Part shown: one piece after another, positions 49,001-60,500 of the stretch
Layout: the number at the start of each line of letters is the position of its first letter
Numbering within the stretch: position 1 is the first letter of the stretch
Source: Mesotaenium endlicherianum
Taxonomy: Eukaryota
Reading direction: 5' to 3'
Length of the DNA stretch: 64,000 bases
NCBI GenBank assembly: GCA_009602735.1
Contig: WELA01002449.1
Location: 121,818-185,817, forward strand
The notes under the pieces: generated by a model
Told to the model about the DNA's origin: nothing
Databases searched by the model: none
Seen by the model: the letters and a program-made list of their open reading frames with translations, nothing else
Program-made: the position numbers and the translations under genes

Positions 49001-50706
49001 AGGAAAATATATAGAAGTGGCGGGCCAGCAAAACTGCCCCCATGAAGATTCTCCCATCTCCCAATGCTAACAATGCCATTTGTGCCTTGATTGACATGCA
49101 ATCGCCCACAGCATTACAGCCACGGCAACAAGATTGTAGAGTTCATCATCCACCTGTCACCGCCTCTCCCAGCTAGAAGTAGGCCGTTCACCAGTCCACA
49201 AGGCACAAGCAACTTTCTGCAAGGCACAAGCAAATACATGCCTTAAGCACGCCAAAATGCGATACTAAAAGGTTCCCTCAGCGGCAAGGGCTTTGAAGGC
49301 TTCATGCGAGGGGTGTCACTGCTCACAATGTCTGTAGGTTTGTTGGAGTTCTTGTACTCCTTTTCCTTCTCCAGCACGGCCTGTTCAAGCTTGTCCTGAT
49401 CCCAGTCCTCCATAGTATCTGCTCATGCAACCAATTGGCGTACAGCAATACCTGGTCAGACTGCCACTCTCTTACTCATGCTGCACTGCCTCCCAAGCAT
49501 GATGACTGCTTGCTCATGATGTAATCAATCTACCCAGCAAGCTAGCTTCAGATATCAGGAAGCGTGTAGAAGACAGCACCCTCAGAGGGATGCAGCCTTC
49601 CACTTGAGCAGGCAGGGTAAGGTGTGCAGAGTAACCCGTCATTTGTACTACATTGGTAACAGACGGTAAGACTTGGCATTCTACGCAAGTCCAATGGAGA
49701 GAAAGGGTAGAAGAGGTAATCGGGATCAGGTCGTGAGCTCACCTTCCTCGCCATCTCGCCTGTCACTGTACAAGTCAATCTTTTCTCCCTTCCTCTCCAC
49801 GTTCAGGTCATGACTGAACTTGCACTTGAAGCCCTTTGTACACTGGCCTCGTCTGAAGTACTCGCACACAATCGATTTCGGGTCAACACCTGCAGGTGCC
49901 TTGCCCACCGCGTGTCAATTATTGATGCTACACACATACAACCCCTACATCCCGAATAGACTAGGTTGCTTGACTCCTTGACAGGCTACAATTGATCTCG
50001 CTCCCATCAATGGAGACATACAGCCTCCTCGACCTCCATAATTAATGTCTTCACGTTAGAAAGCCTGAACTGAAGGAGCTTACACTCTTCTCTAGAGACA
50101 TAGTCCGTGTATAGTACAAAGAGATTACATTATTTTATGTAGCTGACAGCCAATCCCACGAACGTTGTGGACTACATTGCAAGCCTATAGGCTAGAATTC
50201 AACCCCATGAACCTGTTGTACTTCAAGGACTACCGTTCCCACAGACATATCCATAATTGAGCAGTACTTAAGACGAGCATATCAACATACGTTATATGCA
50301 GGTGCACTTACCAATGGGAACCTTAGGTTGGCTGATTGCAACCTTAAAAATCTCATTCAGTTCCTTTTCACGGGCAGCCTCCTCTTCCTTCTTCTTCTGC
50401 AGCACTCAAGCAAGATGCAACCACTTCCCAATGAATATCGTTCCACTCAATTTCATGCTTATTCTGCGGTGAATACGGAATAGTAAGCCAAGTGGACAAT
50501 GGATCGTGAATTACCTTCAATGCATTTTTTACGTCATCGGCCCCAGATTTCTTGTGTTGGGCTTCGACAGTATGATGGAGACTCTGCACATACTTCTGGA
50601 CGGTTTTACTTTTGTTCTTATTTTTCAGCCCAAATGTCTTGTCTTCAACCAGCTTTTGCTTCTTGGCCAAGTCTCCCTTAGCAGGAGCTGCTTTCTTGGG
50701 GGGCAT
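46042..50706 (-). CDS. ZC3H15: CCCH zinc-finger protein of the ZC3H15/Tma46/DFRP1 family
   Basis: Eight exons: 50706-50515, 50396-50312, 49889-49743, 49418-49327, 48580-48389, 47629-47499, 46809-46668, 46245-46042. MPPKK start, [92 protein letters not shown] and an acidic tail. Confidence 0.95.
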
Positions 50707-51564
50707 GCTTCTGTACGACTCAACACAAATTGGGGTCTTACAACTGTGCCAGAAGTATTGCAATTTCCTACCCGACACAACTCAGGCTGTCTCAAGTTGC
50801 AATTGGTACAGTGCTTCTTCAGGTGATGAACTTAGATGAAGCGACGTTCCTAATCTCAGACAACCACCTTATTAAATGTGCCCAGCAAACCCCGAGACAC
50901 GTCCTTCTTATGTACAGTCCTTCCAAGGTTTTCTTAAATGATAATTAACACCAAAAACAAACTAGTATCATAAGAGCGACACTTCCTCTAGCAAGGCAGC
51001 TTTTCAATAAACCCCAGTCTATTCCTCGCCCTTGCTTTGTGTTGGAGTGCCATGTGAGGCCAACACCTTAACATACATGCAAGCATGCCATTCATCGAGA
51101 ATACTCGATGGTGCAATCTGACGGGCGTCCGCGTGTCATTGACTTTTAAATTTTCATCGCCGCCGTTGCTGAGCAGAAGCAAACTGGGCACACGGGAGCA
51201 AACTGGAGCAAACTGGAGCAAACTGCAAGCTTGAAGTCTCTTTTTGTCGCAATTATTGCAAATACGTTTGACAGGAGAAAGTAAAGTACCAAGAAACTAT
51301 GCTCCTCGTTGTGGACAGGCTTAAGAGTTGGCACAGCTTAACCTGCAGAATACAAGTTTTTATTTTTTGGAGCGTCTGTTATTTAGTAACTTTGTGCTTT
51401 AAGGCATGGTCTCAGGGTGTCAAGGAATAGGAACTACATTCCATATGTTTTCTCTCTATCTTTTTAGAGGGTTTGCCAATTTGGCTTGAGGTCTCTGAAA
51501 TTTTCACTTTATCCTTATTGTGCCAGACTTATTTTCTTTGCCGCTAGGGACGAAGCAGGGCAAA
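50707..51564. promoter_or_regulatory. Shared (bidirectional) upstream region of ZC3H15 and DIS3, with a GAGCAAACTG x3 tandem
   Basis: Head-to-head start codons at 50706 (-) and 51565 (+); 10-bp tandem repeat at 51196-51225. Confidence 0.5.
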
Positions 51565-54500
51565 ATGCTGCACTCTAAGGCATTCACGAAAAAGACGAGG
51601 AAGGGAACTGTACTGAAGGCAAGTTTCTTTGGAGATAATATATTCATCCGTAATTGTTTTTTTCGTTCACCGAGTTCACTTCAGACCTCTTCCCGTAGGA
51701 GGAACTCATTTGTGAAAGCTATTGTAGTCTGGTCATAAGGTGAGGAACTCCTACAATATTCTGCCTACCAGCTAAAGTGATAACACATGAGGAAATCCCT
51801 CATGAGGGATGTCATACTTACAGCTTATATATGCTTGCAGCATGCTATCTCTTCCTGACTCTTCGTACTTGTCCTCTCTCGGCTTCCCCTTTGCTGTACA
51901 TAGGTTGTGAAGGAACACTACTTACGAGATGACATCTCTTGTGGGGCCATAGCGTGCACCAGTGACGTGTGCAACAAGGATGATGCGAAGCTAAGTGACA
52001 CAGCAGAGCACTTGCTCGTCATCGACACCAACGTGGCACTCCATCAAGTACGTAGTTTTGACAGGGCTCAGGGAGGGAAGGCTCACAGTAAGGAGCTCTT
52101 AGAAACTCTGGCTGCATGTTCTGGGCGCGCTTGGGATTCCTTTTTGGATGAGCACCTAGAGAAACTTTTTTTTAATACTCGCTCATTTTTTTAAGGTTGC
52201 TGAGCTGGCTTGGGGTAGCATCAGGGTGGGGCGGGTGATGGAGATCATAAAAGAATTAAAAATTGTTTGGCAGAAAGGCATAAGAACGAGAAAAGCCACT
52301 TGAGCCATGTGAGCAGGCATTGCAGGAAGGGTTTTCAATTAGATCAGGCTCCAGGCAGACCTGTGTTAAATCTGGCCTTCACATTCTAAAACCCTGAGGC
52401 CCTCAAAAGCCCTGATTCTAGGGAAACCAAACCCGCGGCTCTGTGAGATACAGCAATTGAGTTGTGCGCACTGCTGATGGTTTTAGTTGAACCCTAGACC
52501 CAGAACCCTGCGCAAGTTGAAGTCCCTCCCTCCCATGTTCAGCTCTCGCTCAGGTCGGCCCTTGGTTGTGCCGCACGTTCTCACAGTAGTCCTGTCACTT
52601 CTTTGGGGGAGGCACGGGGGCGGTTTGCGTGGGGGGCCGTCGGGAGGGATGGGAGGGTCGTCGCACAGATTGACCTGCTGGAGAACGCAGCGATCGCGGA
52701 TGTGGTGGTGCTGTCGGTGGTGCTGGAGGAGGTGAAGCACAAGAACCTGAGCGCCTACAACCGGCTGCGCGCCCTCTGCTCCAACCCGCTGCGCCGCTTC
52801 TTCGTCTTCTCCAACGAGCACCATCGGTGCGCTGGCTTTGCCTGCTTGCTTGCTGTACGGTCGCTCATTCGTGTGCTGTGAGTGCCCTGCATGGCGTGTG
52901 TCACGGCCCCCCTCCCCCCACTGCACGCCCCCCCGCATACCNNNNNNNNNNNNNNNNNNNNNNNNNNNNNNNNNNNNNNNNNNNNNNNNNNNNNNNNNNN
53001 NNNNNNNNNNNNNNNNNNNNNNNNNNNNNNNNNNNNNNNNNNNNNNNNNNNNNNNNNNNNNNNNNNNNNNNNNNNNNNNNNNNNNNNNNNNNNNNNNNNN
53101 NNNNNNNNNNNNNNNNNNNNNNNNNNNNNNNNNNNNNNNNNNNNNNNNNNNNNNNNNNNNNNNNNNNNNNNNNNNNNNNNNNNNNNNNNNNNNNNNNNNN
53201 NNNNNNNNNNNNNNNNNNNNNNNNNNNNNNNNNNNNNNNNNNNNNNNNNNNNNNNNNNNNNNNNNNNNNNNNNNNNNNNNNNNNNNNNNNNNNNNNNNNN
53301 NNNNNNNNNNNNNNNNNNNNNNNNNNNNNNNNNNNCCCCCCAACTGCACAACCCCCGCTCCACCACCCCTAATACACGTGCCCCCCCTTTCCACGCACTC
53401 TCTTTCCCTCCCTCCCCGCCCCCTGTTGAAGATTTGTATGAGGTAGTTCAGGGTATGATCTCCGCAAGAGTCTCAGGGTTTATTATGCCCGTGATGTGGG
53501 AGACAGCCAGGCACCGACAGGCCTTGAGAGCTAATTGGGTGCCGCCACTGGCTGCGGCTGTTCATAAGAATCTTGTGCGGAACAGTTTCCAAGCTGACAC
53601 TTGTCGGGCTTTGAGCAGCCCCCGTCCAGCTCTCAGCTCCCTTTGCCCCCAACAACAGAGTTATTGCCGAGGAAGCGTTTGCTGCAGTGGTGGTCGGGTG
53701 CGGTGTGCGGGGCAGGCAGGCCAGGTGGCAGTGTCAGGCTCTAGCCGCGTGGCCCTCAGAGAGACTCCCTTCTCCTGCCCTCCTGGCAGCCAGCTGGCAG
53801 TGGAGCTCGACCAGAGGGCAGCAGCGTGTGCTCTTGGGGGGGGGGGGGGTTTGCCTTGGGAGGCCTGAGGGCTTGCCATTCAGATCAGAAAAGGAGGGAA
53901 GCCAGCAGGGAAGGTGGGAGGAGGTAAGATGAGCAAGCTGGCTTAGCGCAGGGTCCTTGTGGTCTTTGGAGCTGCAGCAATTACGTGCGGGGCCCTCCTG
54001 CAGGACGGCTGCTGCTGCTGCGGCAGCTGCTGCTGCGAGACAAGGGCTGTGTCGATTGCTCCCCTGTGCCATCATGTGGGGCTAATACGTAGCAGGAGCA
54101 AGCGGCGACAGCAGCAGCAGGGAGTGAAGGATAGGGGGTGCTGTGGTGAGGGCGTATGAAATAAAGACGCGTGCGGTGACGAGGGATGTGAGAGAAAAGT
54201 TTTTTCAAATAGTGACGTGCAAGTGGTGGGGAATTCGAGAGCGAGGGCGTCTGAACTAATCACACTTGGTGCTTGTTGTCCCCCCCCCCGCCCCCCCCCG
54301 CAGCGGCCGTGGCGCTGAATCGTTGTGTTCTGCTTTTGGTGTGGCAGGAGCACGTATATAAAGGCAGACCCTGGGGAGACTCCCAACGATCGCAACGATC
54401 GAGGTAAGCACCCCCTGTGGGCCTGCACACGCGCATGTGGCCTTAGAGCCTACCCCAGTCACATCACCCGCGCATGCGCGCACACCCAAGATTTGAGCTG

Positions 54501-57500
54501 ATGTCATAACCAAATGGCAGTCATTCTCCCCAGCCGTCTTGACTGGGGGGTGGAAGGTATAAGCTCAGGACCGGGCTGGCATTAAAGGGAAGTGCCCCTG
54601 CTTGGGTGCAAACAGGGGTCCAGGGTTTATTGGCGGGGTGTATGGTCTGGTCGGGCTTGGGACTCTGGCAAATGAGTGGGGAGCTAAGCAAGCGCCGAGG
54701 TCAAGAGTGCAGGCAGTCTTTCGCCGCTCCAGCCTTTCTGGCAGACTGGCTGCTGCTATCATGAGTTTTTTCTTGCGCTACATCAGCATAGGGCCCTCTC
54801 TGGGTGAGTGTAATCTGCTAAGGGAGATGGGGAGGGGGACGGGCGAGGGGGTTGCGGAGTGTGTGGGGAAGGAGGACGGGGTTTCGGGGTTTTTGAAAAT
54901 ATGAGCTAGCCACGGGAGGCACATAGGGCCCTCTGTGTGCGTGTGACTTGTCAAGGGGGGGGAGGGGGAAGGGGAGGGGCAGAGACTGCACAAGTGCAAA
55001 GCACGAGCTCAGCCCCCTAGTGGCTGCATGCATGCCTATCACCCCCCACCACGCCCAATCCTGGAGGCGCCAGGGCGCTCTGCTGCCGGCCTCCTGCAGA
55101 CTTCCCCTGCTGCTTCCTGGCTTCTTGGGGGAGGTGCCACCTGGCATTTGAGTACACTCGGGCACAGGAGTTGAGCACGCTGCTTGTCGTGCGCCCTTTG
55201 TAAATGGGGTGTGGTGGAGTTTTGGGGTCGGGGGGGGAATGGTTGGGGGTTTGGATTTGAGTTGCAGCCATCCGAGTGGCGGCCAAGTGGTACAAGGAGC
55301 ATCTGGGGGGGGGCGTCTCCATCAAGCTGCTGACCAACGACGCGGAGAACATCCGGCGCGCGCGCCAGGAGGGCCTAGATGCCGTCACTGGTACTCTTTC
55401 TCTCTCTCTCTTCTCTCACTCGCACACACACGCTCGTGCACACACACGCACTGACTCTCACGCGCAGACTTGAACGTGCTCAAAGATACACACACACGCA
55501 CATGCACACACACTTATTATGTACGTATATGCGGGCCAGTCTGCCGGTCTGCACAGCTCCAATTGAAGGCCCTGCAGTCTCTTGCTTTAATCAGCAGCTT
55601 AAGGTAATTCCCATCAGTGTGAGTACACTGACTGTGTGCACAATCTCTCTGGACACCTGTCATCTCAAGCCGCAAGCATCTGGTAGGTCTTGCTCTTGGA
55701 CAGGCAGCTGGACTGCCCGATGGCTGGCAGGCCCTTTTCTTTCAGGGACAAGAGGAACCCCTCCTCCCATTGCATCGAACTCAGGGCTTAGGATACAGGT
55801 GGGGCGTAGAATGCTGCAAACTGTCGAATGACCGAAGGCGGCGTCTGTGCTGGATGGTATTCTACACCACTCCGTCAGTTGGACGAGCTGTTCCAGCTCG
55901 CTGACCCCTCCCGGCATTTGTTAGCCTCCTGCTGCGGGTAAGAGGTGCATGGCTGGCTGGGACCGGGCCCAATAGGTCCGGGGCCAGGCTCGGACAAGGT
56001 TCGGGGCCTGGCCCTGGCCAGGTCCGGGGCCGTTGCGCACCCTCTAGGTATGAAGTGGCGGCAGCTGCGAAGAAAGAGCAGAAGCTGACCAACCCGCACG
56101 TGCCTGTGTGCGCGCCTGTGTATGTGTGCGTGTGCTTGCGTGTGCTTGCGTGTGCATGTCTGTGTACGCGTGCCCGCATATCTGTGGGCCCATGTCTTCC
56201 ATCTGGGCGGGGACGCCTCCAGTGCAGGCGTATGTGCAGAGCCTGGGCGTGCCCGAGCTGCTGGACCTTGTGGTAGCGCCAGCTGGACAAGACGGCGAGG
56301 ATGACGTGGCGGCCGACCAGGAGCCTGGCGATTCCCGGCCCGCCAAGCGGAGCGTCATATACGCTGAGGTGCCCGCCCCAAACCTAGCCCCAAATATAGT
56401 CTCAAGCCTATAGCCCCAACCCTGATCTCAAACTGTGTCCCGAACCTAGTCCCAAACCTAGTCCTAACCCTAGTCTTGATCCTAGTCCCTGTTGAGTCCC
56501 AGGCCCAGCCGCAAGCGCTTTCTCTCTGTGTTCTGTTCTTGTGCTTGCTTTTTGTGTGCATGAGGGTCTCTTGTGAGCATCTTTGCCTCGCCTTGCCTAA
56601 TTTCAGTGTTTGAGGGAGGGAGAGATGCACTAGAGAGCAGCTTTGTAAGGGAGAGGGGTTGGAACAGGTGAAGGGAGAGGGGCACAAGGGAGGGGACGGG
56701 GAAGGGGACGGGGAGGGGGACGAAGAGCGTAAGGGGGAAAGGGACGAGTACACTACCATTGTTTAGTCTCAGTGTCAGACCCCTCCCGCCTGAGGTCTGT
56801 GCTGCTTCCTTTCTGAGAGGAGAGGAGAGAAGAGGGAGAGCGCAGCTTCTTTTGCTTGCTGATGCGGCTCTGCATAAGGTGGCACTTTGACTGTAGAGGG
56901 CACACACCCGCCCCTCACACATGTCAAACACATCGCACACTAAAGCACGCACGTGTGAGCACGCTCGCATCCTTGTGCACCCGGCCGAACTTGCAGTCGC
57001 ACTTGCACGCGCACGCGCACGCCATACACGTGCTCCCGCCCTCGGTACAGAGGGTTGCACCTTGACCACCCGCGCCCGCCTCGTCCTGCAACGGGCAGGT
57101 GCACGCACACACCACACACACACGTCGCCCGACCTTCCTGTTATCCCTTCCTGTGCCACCTCGTCCCTCCCCCCCCCTCACCCCCCTCCGCTGCCCCCAA
57201 TTTCTCCCCTCCAATACACGCACATGCACATGCCCACGCATGCGCACACGCATACACATGTCCAAGAACACACGCACACACAATCACACACACACACACA
57301 CGCACACGCACACGCACACGCACGCGCACACACACACACGCACACGCACGCACGCACAGCTGAGCTGCCTTCCACTCTCAGAACACCACCCGCCGATGCC
57401 CGACGATCCACGGCTCACAATTTTCCAGCTCGGGAAAGGGGGCCCCGGGGGACAGGGAGGGCTGGGGGGCGGGGGGGAGAGCACCACCAGCCGATGCCCG

Positions 57501-60500
57501 ACGGCCCACGGCTCACACATGCCCAGCTTGGGGGCGGGGGCGGGGGGGAGAGCAGCACAAGGGCATGGCAGAGATCACGGCGGGGCTGCAGCGCGGCATC
57601 TTCCACCAGGGCAAGCTGCGCGTGGGCCGCTACAACTGCTGGGAGGCATACGTGGGCAGCGAGAGCCTGGGCGACGAGGTGCTCATCCTGGGCCGCCCCG
57701 ACATGAACCGCGCCGTCGACGGCGACGTGGTGGCCGTCCAGCTGTACCCCCGCGACCAGTGGCGCGAGGCGTCCGCCGGCCACCTGGCAGAGGCTCACGA
57801 CGGTGCACACCTATACCCTGCTCCCCCACCCCCGCCCCCGCCCACCCTGCTCCCCCTCCCCTACTTTTCTACTCCTTAGAGATGCACATTCTGCCTGCCT
57901 GCATGCTGCACTTGCTTCCAAATATGAATCAGATGCCATCCATTAGCATATGATTTTGTGCCTCATTATGATCGCTCACATTCTCCTATTCTCGTGCTCC
58001 ACTCCCCTTTCCCTGGCCCGTGACCCTTGAGCAACCAAAGGCGCCGATGAGCGCCACTTGGCTAGCCTGATCAAGCGAGCCTCAGCCACGTCGGACAGGG
58101 GCGAGCTTGACAATGCAGCCACCTGGCTGATGCTCTCGGCAGCCTCAGCGTGCGCACGTGCCCCCACCTGGCAGCCGGTCGCAGACAGCTGTCACAGCCG
58201 TCCGTGCTTGCGGTGCTCATCCTCTCACCCCCTCCCTGTCCCAATGTGCGGGCGGCTGCGCGTGCTCTCGTGCAAGCAGACGAGGAGGAGCAGGACGCTG
58301 CTGGTCTGCCGCCCGACAGCGCTGACGACGTGCCCCACTCCGCGGCCCCAGGGGCGGACTCGTCGCAGCCCTCCACCTCGGGCAACGGGGCAGCGCCACC
58401 TGGCAGCCTGGCGCGCCCCACGGGCAAAGTCGTGGGCATCATCAAGCGCAATTGGCGCTCGTAAGTCAGCAGGAACCTCTAGTCCCCCCCCCCCACCCCC
58501 ACCCCCACTCCCCCTCTCTCGCGCTCTGTGTGTGTGGATGCGTGTGAGTATGTGTGTGGGTGCGCTCGTGTGCCTCTCTTTCGTATACTCCTCGATGTTT
58601 TGGACTTCCACTCTGTCCTCTATCTGCCAGCTTTTTTTCCTGAGCATTGCGTCTAATGGAAATCTGGAATGCTGTTAGCACGAGGAGAGCATGGGATGGC
58701 GCATCTGCCCTGCCCTGCCCAGCTTTCCTGCCAGATTGGGCAGCTGCTGCTTTTTTTCTTTGCCTCCAAGCCAGTCTCTCATTTCCTCTCTTGCCCAGGG
58801 CTTATCCTTCCTTGCCGCTCTCGCTCCCTCTCACCCTCTCACCCTCTCTCCCTCTCTTCCTCTATGTGTTTCGCTTGCACCAAGACGCGAGTTCCCACAT
58901 CCATCGCAGCCATCGCCTGGCATGGCACGGAGAAAACCAGAGCGGAGCTTTGTAGCTGAGCTAGTCCTATGTCGACGCACAGGTACTGCGGGTCCTTTGA
59001 GCCGGCGAGGGCGGGGGCAGGCAGCGCCGCGGCGGTGCAGGCCCTGTTTGTGTCGACGGACCGGCGCATCCCCAAGGTGCGCGTGCGCACGCGCCAGTTC
59101 AACGCGCTCGTGTCCAAGCGCATCATCGTGGCCATTGACGCGTGGGAGCGCACGAGCCCCTTCCCGACGGGCCACTACGTGAAGACGCTTGGCGACATCG
59201 GGGACCGCGCCACCGAGAGCGAGGTACGTCCGTCCGGCGCTGTCTGCGGCACGTGCGGTTTGACAGCTGGTCCCGAGAGGCCATGTGGCGTCCTACCTGC
59301 GGCACGTGGATTCTGCCACAGGGCGCGTCTGAATCCTGGCGCTGCTGCTATGGCTGCCAACGAGTGTGCCGTGGTGTCAGCGGCTGTTCATGCAGCTAGT
59401 GCCAGATAGACACCTGGGATTTTCAATTCAGCCGTGTGTCTTGCCCCCGGGGGGGTTTATGTGGGGGGTCATGGCTTTGGTGCATGTGTATGCATGTGTG
59501 CATGTGTGTGCGCGTGTGTGTGTGTATGCCCGCAGCCTCCAGGTGTCGTGCTCTCTTCCAGTTCACCCTCTCTGCAGCAGAGCAGCACCGGTGCTTGCAC
59601 ACATGCTACTAGCTCTCCCCCTTGACAACCTCTCTCATGCCCCACTGCTTGCCCTGCAGCGGCTCCCGTCCCGGCCTGCCAACCCCCCACCACCCCCCGC
59701 CCCCGGGCCCGCNNNNNNNNNNNNNNNNNNNNNNNNNNNNNNNNNNNNNNNNNNNNNNNNNNNNNNNNNNNNNNNNNNNNNNNNNNNNNNNNNNNNNNNN
59801 NNNNNNNNNNNNNNNNNNNNNNNNNNNNNNNNNNNNNNNNNNNNNNNNNNNNNNNNNNNNNNNNNNNNNNNNNNNNNNNNNNNNNNNNNNNNNNNNNNNN
59901 NNNNNNNNNNNNNNNNNNNNNNNNNNNNNNNNNNNNNNNNNNNNNNNNNNNNNNNNNNNNNNNNNNNNNNNNNNNNNNNNNNNNNNNNNNNNNNNNNNNN
60001 NNNNNNNNNNNNNNNNNNNNNNNNNNNNNNNNNNNNNNNNNNNNNNNNNNNNNNNNNNNNNNNNNNNNNNNNNNNNNNNNNNNNNNNNNNNNNNNNNNNN
60101 NNNNNNNNNNNNNNNNNNNNNNNNNNNNNNNNNNNNNNNNNNNNNNNNNNNNNNNNNNNNNNNNNNNNNNNNNNNNNNNNNNNNNNNNNNNNNNNNNNNN
60201 NNNNNNNNNNNNCCCCCCCCTCCTTGCGAGCAGCCCGTGGAGTGCATGGGGGCATGCACATGCGCGCATGGGCAAGCGCGTGCAATTGCGGGTTACCACA
60301 TTCTGCTCTCGTGCACTGAATGCAAACCTTAGCTTGCATTTAAATGTGTCCTTGCATCTGGCTGTGGCTGTTGGCTGCAGCGGGCCAGGGCATGCTGCTG
60401 CTGGCCATGTGCGTGTGTGCTATCTCGCCCACGATAACGCGGGCGCAGTTTGCCGCTGGCGATGTTAGGGATCTATTGGAGCCAGCAGCAGAAGCTGTGC

